Part shown: positions 38,965-51,594 of the stretch, piece by piece
How positions within the stretch are numbered: the stretch's first letter is position 1
Layout of the letters: every line of letters begins with the position of its first letter
Assembly: GCA_002633005.1 (NCBI GenBank)
Contig: NMRA01000084.1
Span: 17,171 to 81,170, forward strand
Origin: Phoronis australis
Lineage: Eukaryota > Animalia > Phoronida
DNA length: 64,000 nt
Direction of reading: 5' to 3'
Translations under genes and position numbers: made by a program
The notes under the pieces: model-generated
The model's database searches: none
Seen by the model: only the letters and a program-made list of their open reading frames with translations
Told to the model about the DNA's origin: nothing

Positions 38965-41044
38965 TTATGTAGTATTATCCGCGCGGGTTCATTTCTTTCA
39001 CACACCAACCCCTGCTGCATGGAACTAAAATTCTCAGTGATACCAGGATCTCTCACGCAGACCGTAAACTGCACCAACGATTAAACAACGTCTAACATAC
39101 TGCTGGCAAGTAGCACCCACAGAATTCGGTCTTTTGATGAAGTAAAATCCCAACGTTAAGTGTGGGGATGTAATAACCATGCTGTGATCGGTGAAATAAG
39201 AACCGGGAAAATCTCTATTAGATACCCGTATTCGGAATATGGTTATGATTACGTTTGTGCATAGACAAGCAGTAGATGGATCCCCGACTCGCTTTCATAA
39301 CATAACATGTCTAGGCAGGTACGCACGTGTGGAAGTTATTGAGTTAAACCGGCAATCTTGGCGACGTACTGCATAGACAGTGGCCACCGTCTCTAGCTGG
39401 CCGCAGTCGAGACGGTGAAGCGCCTACAGGAGGTCATACGCCGGAAGCTTTTTCGCGAATTATGCCTCACACTGATGAAGACATCAAAGTTGCTTTGCTA
39501 TAAGCACCTTTTGCCGTTTACTACGTAAGCCAACACTGCGTGTATTATCTTACTCATGTGGAGTATATTAGTCTGCGCAAAAGTAGATCACTTCTGTCAT
39601 TTTGCGCGGTAGACGGCGCTTTTGTAAACATGGTGTCGCGATTTCTGGTTTCGGCAGTAGGCCTATCCCGTTTCTGAATCAGTTTAAGTGTTACAGAACA
39701 ATTGTTGTAAATGCCGACTCAGATCAATCCCCGAACCGGGAATCTAACCTGGACCATCCATGTACGCCAGTACATGTATGGTTGTGCATGCATAAAAAGT
39801 GAGTTAAAAGAAGGAAATGGGTGATTTTCGACACCTCACTGTTACTGTGGCCCCTTGGACTTCGACATCAGAGTTCAGTCTTATCACACCTAACTACTTT
39901 GGCAACAAGTCGGATATGGTCCCTGGTTTTGAGAATGACGCTATCAATATGTTGTAATAACTCCAGTGCAGGTTCCCTAGTTATACCTCACGGAGTCAGA
40001 CTGTTAGTGTTAGCCAGATGGAACACACTAGTGTCAGTGACACGAGTTGTTGGTCACTTTATAATTGGGAAAAATGGGAAACGAACAACTGGACAAGGAC
40101 ATGGTCAAATAAAATTGATGACTGTAACAACTGAATAACTTGCCTATTATTCAGTGGAATAGACAGTCACCACCGTCTCTACTGACACCGCTAGTAGAGA
40201 CAGTGGAGCTCCTATTGGCGCTTCGGACTGACTAAAACATCAAAGCCACATTGTTATAAATACCTTATGCGTATAGAGGGACACCTTAGGGGGCCCTCGA
40301 TGTATTTAATACCTTCCACCTCGAACAAATACTCCCGTTATCAAAATTTTTCTTCGATCAGTCCTTCGTTCAGTTGCCCAAATCGTTAACTGCAGTACTA
40401 TAAATGATCAGTGATTAAAATTTTACAGCCGTAAGTCAACTGACTTGAACGCAGATAATTCTAGGTGGCACATCTGTCACGCTAGTAAAAATTGAAAGCT
40501 TTTGTTATTTACATTTTATTTCAGATGGTGAGCTGTAATACTCCACTGAAAAAGGCAAGTTCAAAGACGATGCATATTATGTGGAAAACTAATATACTCT
40601 GACTCTAACGCAAACAGTGTTAAAAAATGATGCATTAAAGCAGAGGTACTTGGATTTTTTTCACTCGATGACATTCAATTCAGCAATGAAATGATTTGAT
40701 GGACACCAGGACTGTGTTTATCTGCAGCTCATGCATTTTGTTTTGTTCAAAACTCATGCAGCTGCAGACATCAGCAAGAATGGAGGTCTCATTGCTCGGT
40801 CTGAAGATCGACAGAAACGTGTACTTATTGATTCGCCATCTGTTTCTAAGAAGTAAGCAACAGGAGCAGAGAGATTGTTAAGTTTTGCATCCGAATTACT
40901 GGACCATGGGTATTCAGTATCCGAGGGTTATCAACAATCCAATCCTTTCCTCTCGAACATGACTAAAGATTCAATTGAGCAAATTGATCGGAAACTGTTG
41001 TTTAAAATCAGTACATCTTTGGATGATCTTTGTAAGACTTCCCT

Positions 41045-41470
41045 CGAGGGACCGCATGTATGTTTTAAATTGTTTGATAGTATTGTAGTTTCTATATTGT
41101 TATATGGTGCTGAGATATGGGGTACAGTATATTCGAAAGACATAGAAAGTGTTCACAATGATTTCTGTAAATGGGTTGCTGGTGTCCCAAAGAAAACAAG
41201 TAACGTTATGGCCAGAGGAGAATGCGGCAGGCATTTATTATCTGTGAAATACTTGTGCAGACCAATAATCTACTGGACCAAAATTCTACAGATGAATAAC
41301 CCCAGATACCCAAAGAAAAGTTACAGGATGCTGCGGGAAGACTGTGAAAAAGGACGAGCAAATTGGGCCAGTGCAGTTAAAGATATTTTGTTCAGATACG
41401 GGTTTGGGGAGGTATGGATAAGTGGACCGGGTAACTTTGATTTATTTATATCAGAATTTAAGCAAAGATT
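41045..41470 (+). mobile_element. Non-LTR retrotransposon (RTEX-like) ORF2 C-terminal fragment running into an assembly gap
   Basis: KLFDSIVVSILLYGAEIWG...IESVHNDFCKW..GV..KTSN...RGECGR...YWTKIL...RYPKKSYRML...NWASAVKDIL...GFGEVW. Confidence 0.8.
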
Positions 41471-43395
41471 NNNNNNNNNNNNNNNNNNNNNNNNNNNNNN
41501 NNNNNNNNNNCCCTCTCCCTCTCCCTCTCCCTCTCTCCTATGTGTCATTCACTACCTATTGGTATGACTAAAAACGACTTCATTGTAGCCATAATGTATG
41601 GTATAGCTATGTTTGCCAGAAAGCCTTAACTCAGTGTTGTACAGAGGCTATTGACTGCTGCGTGCATTCGTCATTATGCTGGCAACGGTGTAAGTTTGAA
41701 CATTTTTCATTGCAAGAGATGCATCACATTTATAGCTTATAATTCTTGTTAAGATATAATATTAAGCAAAGGTGACAAAGTTGATTATAACAATTATTCG
41801 GTGATATAATTCCTTAAAAATTCTCCAGATTAAGACAGCCTAAATTCAGAACACAGAGATCATTGCTGAAATTTAATTTTTTTTTCATCCTGAAATTTGA
41901 GGCACGAGTGATTTTTATTTTTTCGTACATTTCAAATTCCGAACGCTGTGTTTTAGCATAACAGGTTACAAGAATACTCTTGTAAGTTCATAAAAAGTGA
42001 CTCTCACGACAAACATTTTAAAAAATCATTACCAGTCCCCTTGAATTTCTCACAGACAATTGTGTGAATTTCTAAAAATTGACAAGCTCCAACGTTGATC
42101 AAAATATTTATTCACTGTCCCAAACTGGAGAATTTTTGCGTAATTAATTTTTGAAATTCACTGTGTAGATAACTATAAAACTTATTGATAAATATTCTTG
42201 TTTATAAGATAATCTGGTTTAAGAAAAGAGGTTGTAAAAGAGATGACAAATTTTTATTTAGTTTTTGATCTTAAGTGATGGTGTGGTAGTTTACGCCAGC
42301 TTTACTTTATATCGGTAAAAATATCAGTGACAAATGGTAGAAATGAAGTGACAACAGATATCAATACTCTATTTCAGTTAATGTCTGTGAAGTAGATGGT
42401 GATGGTGGCAGTACCCCTGTGGTTAAAGAGTCATGACATAATGCTTTTCATTTAAAAATCTTGGGGGACTCTCTGATATGTAAGCTACGAGTGTTTTTCT
42501 CACAAGAAATGATGTGCGTGTGTTGTCAAAATCAGTTACATACTGAGTTCGCCACTGAATGATCTCAGTGCTTTAATATGCTTAAGGGGATTTCGATCAA
42601 AGAGTAATATTTCTATTGGTTAGACTGATACATACCAAGGGAACTTGTGCCACGTGATAAAATGTTATTGTTTACATATGTTTTGGAAAAAATAAATAGT
42701 GTAAGAGATCATGAAACGTTACAATTGCGTCTTTAGCAACTAACGTCACTGTATGACACAGGATTACTTTTATGTAAACATTTAAAATATTATAGATTTT
42801 GGATTTTCTATATATAGTTAAGGTTGAGACTGGATGCCTATATGACGTTTTCTGCATATTTGTTGTTTTGATAACACTATCACTGATGGTGTTACTCTGT
42901 CAAAAATCAAAACTTACAGGGCAATTTTGACTGTAAAATTGTCCATGAAAATCTTATTTTAATGATGTGAATTTCCGATTCTTCCCCAATTTTTGTACTT
43001 CATGGAGACCTAATAGGACTGCTGGGTTCCCTGTTAATTCCAGGTTGTCGTATCTTTTGGGATGCATTTTTATTTTTTATTTAGTGCATCTAAGTTGAAT
43101 AAATGTATGTTTTTGTTTATTTTTGGCAGCTTTCCCATATTTCCGTAGAACTTCCATGCTCAGATTTGGAAATTCTGGATATTAGAAAAGGCAAAACCAT
43201 ATATTAATGAAGCATAAAAATACTTCCAGGTGATCAGTGCAATGGGCCCACATGCGAGGCCTGCGCACGTCTGGTACAACGTGTATCAGACCACCTGCAA
43301 TTATTTTACTGAAAGGCAAAACAAATTGGTTCTGTGAAACCTGTTGTGATACGAATAGGTATTATTGAAAGTGTTTTTGTGTGCATTAAACTCAC

Positions 43396-43560
43396 CATTC
43401 TAACACAATATGTCCTTCGTCATTACCACAATTGCCACTTTGGGAGTTAATTCCTTGTTTAGCAAGCGTTTCACACCGTCACTTCAGTGTTGATGTCAGA
43501 GCCTCAGGGTGAGCATACACTACTTGACAATTTCCTTTAATTATATCACTAATTGGAACA
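43396..43560 (-). pseudogene. RecQ-like SF2 helicase motif II exon remnant
   Basis: DIIKGNCQVVYAHPEAL...(fs)KVAIVV(fs)DEGHIVLE(W)|gtgag, resembling VxxxPE...VVDEAH.V.EW. Confidence 0.65.
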
Positions 43561-44509
43561 GCTCTACAAAACGTCACCACTAATTTCTTCATCATCAGTA
43601 TCATCATCACTAACGTCTCGTCAAAAAATTGTTGCTTCTCTGGCATTGTAATTAGTGCACGGCAAAGATCTACTAAAGTTTGGTGAAGTACAGGGCCAAC
43701 AAGCAAACAAATTGCAGTTCAGTGTGGGAACGTCAATAGCGCAATTAGTTGATCTGTCAAATGTGCTTCTTCTGTTAGTTTTATTTCATTTTAATCGCAC
43801 AGTGAACGTTTTATGTTCACTTAGTGATAACTAAACCGTTTCAATGTTTTTCGTTTTAAAATTGCTTCAATTAATACTACAGATACGCCAACATCGCACG
43901 CATACGTCACGATTCCACTCGGTGATTCCATCGATAAGGCTTTCCCCAAGTATGCCATGACAAGGGAGATAAGTCTTTATTTTTATACATAAACGAGTGG
44001 ACAAGTACGGATTTTCTCAAATACAAAGATTATAATTACCATTTTTAAAAATGTGATCATAATTGTTACGAAAGTCTTTCAAATTACAGCGATAACGAGC
44101 CGTTTTTCTGCGGTTTATTTGGCGCGGATATGAACCGATATGATCCAGCCTCTTCACCCGTTTTTCGCGATAGGTGAAGTGCTATACGTGAAAGACCAGT
44201 CGCCAACCGACTGGAGCGACGTCTTTCGTGAAAATGCACCTTTTGCGCATAGGGGTACACCTTAGGAAGCCGTCGATGTCTTTAATTCATTTCTACTCGA
44301 AGAAATGCTCCAGTAATCAAATTCTTCTACGAGCAGTCCTTCGTTCAGTTGCCCAAATAGGCAAATAGTCATCTTTAACACTGAGTATGCTCCTCCTGGC
44401 GCGATAAAAATAGGAGCGCACGCAGAGTAAAAATGGTTAGATGGCAATTTGGCCAACTGATTAAAGGATCGCTTGAACAAAGAGTTCGATTATATGTGCT
44501 TCACCGTCT

Positions 44510-47158
44510 CTACTGAGGCCAGCTAGAGACGGTGGTCAGTGTCTGGGCGACTAATGACTTCTTACTTACAATGCGCTATTTGCTTTCCTATTTGCTAACG
44601 AGCTAGAGTTTGCACACCGTCAAATTATCACCAGCTGTAATTTGCTTCTTGTGTCATCCATTGTTTTACTTACTCGTGCTAGGTACGTGAGTGAAGAGAT
44701 GCATAAATCAGTGAAAATCACGCAACTCGAACTCAGAGCAAAAGGTTATACCGGCGTATTATTAGGTGCTCGCCAAGAAAACTTGATGACAAAAATTTAG
44801 ATGTGGTGGAGTGACAACTAATAATATAGTGAACGCGAAATGAAAAGCTGTAACGAAGGGCTTAATCCTGACAAAGATTTCAGAAGCTCACGTCACATCG
44901 CTGAAACGGGCCTAAGAAGAATTAATTAAGAACGCTGGTTAGTAGATATGTTCTCACAGAATGTATAACGTTTTAAACAAATCTTCATTTTTCATGTTGT
45001 TGTGGGTACACTATTCATTGTTCAGTCGTTGCATTCAGTAAAAAGCTATTTTTAATCGCAAGTTTCCTCACTAAGTATCATCTTGAATCAGTCTCGTTCA
45101 TAGTCTATAATGTATACCCAGCAGTAGACATGTAGTAGATGAAATATATCCGCCATCCATTCCGATCCTGCACTGTCACAGTTTCCGACTTTCCATGGGC
45201 CGTAAAATTACCCAACAACAGACTTTTTAAGGAGTTTACAAATTTTGCTACAAACTTTTGAGAGTTTTCGAATGTTGCAGAACATTATTTTATTTCAGAG
45301 AACTGGACGGGAGAGATGCTTTACATATCTGTTAAAACCGGGTTTGGTATCCTTTTAACTACGAAGACTAACCGACCCAACAAGGGCAGAGATTTCATTC
45401 CTCGCTACAATAATCCCATATCGGTGTCCGCTGGGTAATGACAATATATTTATAGCATCATAACCGAGTATACTTTGCTGGTGTTATTTCGTTCTAAATG
45501 CGTGAGTTTCCAAATAAGGAAGTCAACACCTGCAGGCTCTTGACTGTTTCCGGTTTGCACGAAGCCGACTGTGCTCTTGAATTATTTCGTGAGCAGTTGG
45601 TTTGTAAGATCTAGGCCATCGTTCACTGTTCATGCAAGCAAAATAAATTCGAATAAAAACGACGGAGACTCCTGTGGAAAACTGGAAATCTATTTACTAA
45701 ATTCAAATTGTGTAGAAAATAATTTCATATCTCCACTTCAGAAAACTTTGCTTGTCGCCACCACCAATAACAATAGGTGATTGAGTCCTGCTAAACCAGC
45801 GTCGGTCTTCCAACGGAGTCTTTCGGCTTTGCCGCCGACTGGTGCGTAGTTAGTTATTCACTGTCCAAATGTTGTTTTCCGTGTTTTTGCTAAGTGTCTG
45901 AATATCCTCAGTGTAGATATTGCATGTTTGCTGTTCTGTACATGTTTACCCAAGTTTTACTCCCTGTAAAACGTGCTTAGCACGCTGGAATATAGATGGC
46001 CTTGTTATTCAATCGTTCACTTACAACTTCGAGCTAAATCTAATATGGCGGAGTGTTACTTGGGTGCAGACCATGCCAAGTAGTAGACTGTGACCACCGT
46101 ATCTAGCTGGACCCAGTAGAGACAATGTCGTTAACTGTGTTCCCTAAAATCAAACTATCGCCCGAGAAAAAGGCCAATGCAACACAGTCTCGTACAAGTT
46201 TAATCCATTAATAATTCAACAAAAATGACATTCAGCTTAATCCGTGCAACATTAATTTTTATCAGACCTCAACGGAAATTAGACGCAAAAAACAATCAAA
46301 CAATCGCGTAGAGTAGTTATTACCTTACGGTTATTATTACTATTACTATTACTATTACTATTATTATCATTATCATTATCGTTATTGCTAACATTCTGCC
46401 TTGAGTGCGATGTTTTTCTGTTTAGTTTGTTGGGCAATTTTACGGCCCAGGGAAAGTTGGAAATTGTAACAATGCAGGATCGGAATGGATGGCGGATATA
46501 TTTCATCTACTACATGTCTACTGCTGGGTATACATTATAGACTGTGAACGAGACTGATTCAAGATGATATTTAGTGAGGAAACTTGCGATTAAAAATAGT
46601 CTGATTTTTATAATACTTACACCAACAAAAGTTCAACTCAACAATGAATACTGTACCTACAACAACATGAGGAATTAAGCTTCGATTAAAAAAGTTATGC
46701 ATTCCGTGAGAACATATCCACTAACCAGCGTTCACATTTAATTCTTCTTGGGAGCGTTCCAGCGATGTGACGTGAGCAGCTGAAATCTTTGTCAGGATTA
46801 AACCCTTCGTCGCAGCGTTTCATTTCGCACACCGGTATTAAAGTAATAGTTGTCACTTCAAATACAACATCTCAAATCTGTTCTTTAAATTTCCGTGTGA
46901 GCATTTAATAATGCACCGGTATAATCTTTTGCGCCAAGTTCGAAATGCGTGATTTTCAATGATCTGGGTAACTTTTTACTCACAAACCTCGCACGAGTAA
47001 GTAAAACAACGGACAAACCTAGAAGCAAATTCCAGCTGATGATAATTTGTTGGTGTGAAAACTGTAGCCCGTTAGCAAATAGGAAACTACAAATGCATTG
47101 TGAGTGACAGTCATATCTCGCTTAGACAGTGACCACCGTCCCTAGCTGGCCCCAGTAG
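44510..47158. repeat. Long inverted repeat: arms ~44510-45218 and ~46427-47158, ~1.2-kb spacer
   Basis: The arms align by eye as reverse complements along ~710-730 bp. A core at ~45047-45172 has only two visible mismatches. Confidence 0.92.
46331..46386. repeat. Compound (ATT/ACT/ATC) microsatellite
   Basis: ttattattactattactattactattactattattatcattatcattatc. Confidence 0.85.
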
Positions 47159-47233
47159 CATCGACTGGGGTCGGAAGCTTGTCGCTGATGTATTAATCAG
47201 TGGGGGCCGGCTAAAGACGGTAGTCTCTGTCTA
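47123..47233. mobile_element. 111-bp Academ-type MITE (TAG...CTA); related ends at ~39374 and ~46084
   Basis: tagacagtgaccaccgtc ... gacggtagtctctgtcta. Confidence 0.65.
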
Positions 47234-47889
47234 GCCAAGTACTTACTAGTGTAGATTTTTCGCCCTCGGATTTCGTTAGAATGACCCCACGCATTTACAG
47301 CGTATTTGTCACCACGTGAGAACCCGTAAGTTTGCTGTACAGGTTGCTTCAGGACAGAGGGCAGATGAACTATTAACAATTTGCTCCCACTATAGATACC
47401 ACAGAACTGAAACTTCGTGTTACCTTCGCCGCCAGGTGTTACACTGCGGTGACTGAGTGAGAACGATGAACATATTGGGGTAACCGCACAGCCGTCGCAA
47501 TCATCGAATCGCACATTTGGTGTTCAATCAATTTGAAGAGCACTCAAGCAGATTAACACTGATCACCGTCGGATTGTAGTGTTTAAGAAAAATTAATTAA
47601 ATTTACTCACGTTCCATCTAAGAATTTTTACGAGTCACTCCATATAAAAAACAACAGATGGAGTCTATAAGCAAAATCCCAGATTTTTTCTAGACCTAGC
47701 ATATTAGTTCAGCGCGGTGAAAAACGGGAAGACAACTTGAGAAATTTAAGACCGATTCTACGGAAATAAAAAGCTAACCAGATGCAGGTTTAAGTGCCAG
47801 CGGCTAATTTGATAACACTCTTTGTTACTGTCTATATCCACCTTCAATTTGTTTGCGTTGTTTGCGTTGTAATATAACTCTAACTCATT

Positions 47890-48128
47890 AATGCGCGAAC
47901 CCAGCCTTTAATATGGGGGGCTAGAATCTCTGACGATGTGGACTTTTTACTAACTTACTACCAAAAAGCGATAGGACTAAAAAACGGGGTACCACGTTCA
48001 GAGCAGTGAATTGTGTGTTGCGCCTTTTTAGTGTTGGACTTTTGTCTCGTTTTCTCGTACTTTTTGTTTCTCTAAGACGGACCTTTTTGCCCACTTCGCC
48101 AAATGGGCCCCCCGTGGATGGGCGCATG
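47890..48128. mobile_element. MITE, CATGCGCGCACCCAG family (diverged copy)
   Basis: aatgcgcgaacccagcc...gcccacttcgccaaatggg...gggcgcatg. Confidence 0.7.
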
Positions 48129-51100
48129 TTAAATAATCGTTGCAACCTATCACGGCATTAGCTAACCAAAAGAAGTTATTCCAAGCGAAAAAGTACGTTT
48201 TTACCAAGATTGATTCTAGTTGAACAAAAAAGGCGACAGTATTCATTCACCCTTGCCTTACACCAGTTGAACATATTTGTATTCTGGACAGCTTTCCTTC
48301 AGAATTACTTTTCACTTCACATCCTGATATTAAATACTTTACACTATTCTCAACTGACGGTCTTCGGGCAGGCTCTATATTAATATAAGAGCCACACTTC
48401 CGAGGAACGAAAATAAACTCATGCTCGTGACGTTTTAATAAGAAAAGTCATTTAAAGTCATAAGCTCTTTTCATCTTCTTTTTATTTAGACCAAATCTCA
48501 AGTTGCTCCTTAGTCAAAATACATGTACATATACGAGAATTGACAAGTCGTTATTGCACGAAGCCAGACTCCACAAGTTTTTTGTCATGGCGAATCAGGT
48601 AACTAACAGTTAGTACTTTGCAAGACCACAAATCATCACTCATACGAGTAAGGAACTTATAAAGACCAATTTTACAGCGGTAAGTGGTCTAAATCAAAAT
48701 TCAGTTTCTTCGACAGAACGCGGTTTCTAAGGGAAATTGAGGCGGTGACCTCAACCGTTTGCTGCTCAGTGAAATTTCAGATGCAGGCAGCAGTACTGAC
48801 GTGCATTTCAAGGACGCAAGGGCCTCACGAAAATTCAAGATCCCGCAAGACTTCATGAGATATCGTCGTGTATAACAACGAGACCATACTAGCTTCCCCG
48901 CGAGATTCTTGCGTCTAATGAGCTCAACCCTGATCCAACCCAATCTTTAATCTTAGTGCATCTGTAAAAAACAGGTGAAGAGCCGATGCACACTAGAGGC
49001 GCAACTTCTCAGGAAGAGGCATTTAGGGACGATGTTAAGGGCAGGAGTGTCGTGTATAATGAGTTGAAAGTTGGCCGAGATGTCAAGCTTACACGGGTCC
49101 TAGTAAACAACCACCAGCGTTCACATTCCTCTCTCGTTTGTCAGATTGGGCTTGCTTTGACATTTATGCTCACTTTGATTGATTTCACATCCCAAATCCA
49201 AAATCAAATTTTGAGAAGGTTATAACACTTTAGCGATCGTCTAATAAACCGGTTTGTTTCCTCGCTGACCCTCAAGAATATCGAATCATCTCTGCCTAAT
49301 ACATATACCCGAGTATTCTGAAACTGGGTCCACCTCAGGCCCAGTGGGGCTACGTAACAAACGAAGTTCCTCGACTACACCTAAAACGTATATTTGCCAC
49401 AACATGCATGGTTGAATCCTACAACTTCCCCCAGTTGCGTGGGAAATGGACGTCAAAACCGTAACATAAGTAAATGTTCAACAATGAACTTAATACTTGT
49501 AGGAACAATAATACCTCGATCTGTTTGTATTGACTATTGATTTCAATTTGCGTGGCGGTGACGGTAGATATACTAAAGCATATATTCGTCACTGGGGAGT
49601 TGGACATCGCGTCTCAACTCTACCATGATGACGATGACTTGGTTTAACTGGGAGGCCCACAGATATTGACTTCACAGACAGGGGGTCGACAGATATGAGC
49701 CTTACTCATATTTTGTAAACTATAGTGTAACACCAAAAGGAGATCACAATGAAGTAAACTCCGTGCATTTCTGTTTAAGAGCTGATTGGAATAAAATTCA
49801 TGAAGGACGAATTCTGTTCAAAGGGTTTTTTATTCATTATTCATTGTAGCCCATAATTAGGTTTATGAAGATTGACAAAATGTCAGACAACGCACTGCGG
49901 TCGAATGTACAGAAATTGCAATGTTTCATCCTCATACTGTAACAACAAAGTCGGGCTCGTAATCATGAGCCTATCACGGTCTCTAGTACGACAGGCGGGC
50001 GATTTTTGATAAAATAGAATACAAATGTCTGGAAAGTATAGCCAGCTATACCCCGAAGAGTCGTATAAGACCTTTCATGGACTTCGTATACGATTCGGGT
50101 ACATAGACTGCAGTCTAAAAGTTGCATACGACATTTTCTAAATCCAAGGAAACCCGAAGCACAATCGGTCGCACACGACTTTTATCTGGAAAAGTCGAGT
50201 CGGAACTCATATGTCGTAAATAAAAAGTCACGTGCGACTAACATAAACATTACACAGAAACGAAAGGATTAATTCGCTATAAGGAAAGGACGAATTTTTA
50301 CAAGAACGGTGGCCTGTACCGCTTGCTTCTTCACAAACTCGTAACGATCAAGCAGTAATCACGAGTAGTAAGACCAAGTTTCGGCAACTATTAGGCAAAG
50401 GCATTGTACGAATATAGTGAGATGAAGACAGCTTTAGCTACATCGAGTAACAATACCATGTTTAACTTACTTGCAAACTGCTTTATCACTTGCGTAGAAC
50501 CATCGGCTTGCCCTCCAATGTAGTATTATGTGTCACAAATTCAGACAGTAGGCGGAACAGGGAAGCACCTCTGACGAAGCATGCCACTTGGAAACCTGAA
50601 GATATAAATGTAACTATCAACAGCGTAGTAGACCATTAGGTCTCACAAATTCCTGTTACAGGGCGTAACTGTTATAAGAATCGATATGTAGCTTCATTTG
50701 TCTGACAACTTATCACACTTCCGTGCGAGGAATCAGGAATGTGCTGCATCACACAGTGCGACTTTTTATAGTTTTCACTCAAAAATACAGAATCGACGTC
50801 TTTCCATAAATGACACCGACCCACACGTTTTTTACGAGGTAGGACGATGCACCAAGTTTGTCAATGTTAAGGTGCATTATCAGCCTATATACACTAGACC
50901 TTACATGTAAGAGATGTCAAACTGCTGCTAAATATATCAACACGGTAGTCTCCTTCACTCGGTTCGATTGACTGTTGTGCTAAAAATATTGGCATTGATC
51001 GTATAGAAGAGACTGAATACTTTCACACGTACGTGTACACGTATCCGCACAAGGAAACTTAGCTATTTGATAAAGGGCAGTGGGTTTTATTGGCAATGCA

Positions 51101-51329
51101 GAGCATTTCGAAGTATTTGCTCATATCATCATCGATAAGGCCAGTTACTTCTTAACTTTACAACTTAGTAGTTTGTGAAAACTCTCAATCGTTACTCACA
51201 CGACTCATCACTACTAGACACGCTTCCCGATGTTTCGAAATATGTACATGTAACAGTTTCTTCCTTCAATACACTGTAATAGTTCGTATATTTTCCCATT
51301 TTTCTAAATGGCTTCACTTGTTGATACAG

Positions 51330-51594
51330 CATGCGCGCACCCAGCCTTCAAAATGGGGATGGGGGGGGGGCTCGAATTCCCTGACGTTGTGGACCTTTTG
51401 CTAACAAAAGAGCGGGCGGACAAAAAAAAAACAAAAAAACGGGAGCACCACCGTGAATTGCGCGTTTGCGCTTATTTACTGGACTTTTGTCCCATTTCCT
51501 CGGACATTTTGTCTCTCAGGGGCGGACCTGTTTGCCCACTTCGCCATATGGGGGGGGGCTCGTTGGAGCCCCCCCGCCCCTGGGTGCGCGCATG
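51330..51594. mobile_element. MITE, CATGCGCGCACCCAG family, perfect 15-bp TIR, 5-bp TSD TACAG
   Basis: tacag|catgcgcgcacccag...ctgggtgcgcgcatg|tacag. Confidence 0.88.

Larger units (their letters stand above)
40160..44545. mobile_element. Decayed AcademH-like DNA transposon (DUF6589-like remnants on +, RecQ-like helicase remnant on -)
   Basis: TAG-starting TIR tagacagtcaccaccgtctcta... / ...tagagacggtggtcagtgtctg. Plus strand IMYGIAMFARKP*LSVVQRLLTAAC (~41590). Minus strand helicase remnant at 43396-43560. No clear TSD. Confidence 0.6.

Noticed and set aside
39715-39765. tRNA gene on the minus strand
   Set aside because: Only a degenerate B-box-like arm (ggttagattcccgg), with no cloverleaf or A box; at most a SINE relic.
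40875-41567. 230-aa host gene
   Set aside because: TTG start, runs through an N gap, and the recognisable part is LINE ORF2.
48700-49330. L2/CR1 RT fragment (LDISANFQLIIHD)
   Set aside because: A single weak motif, too eroded to support a call.
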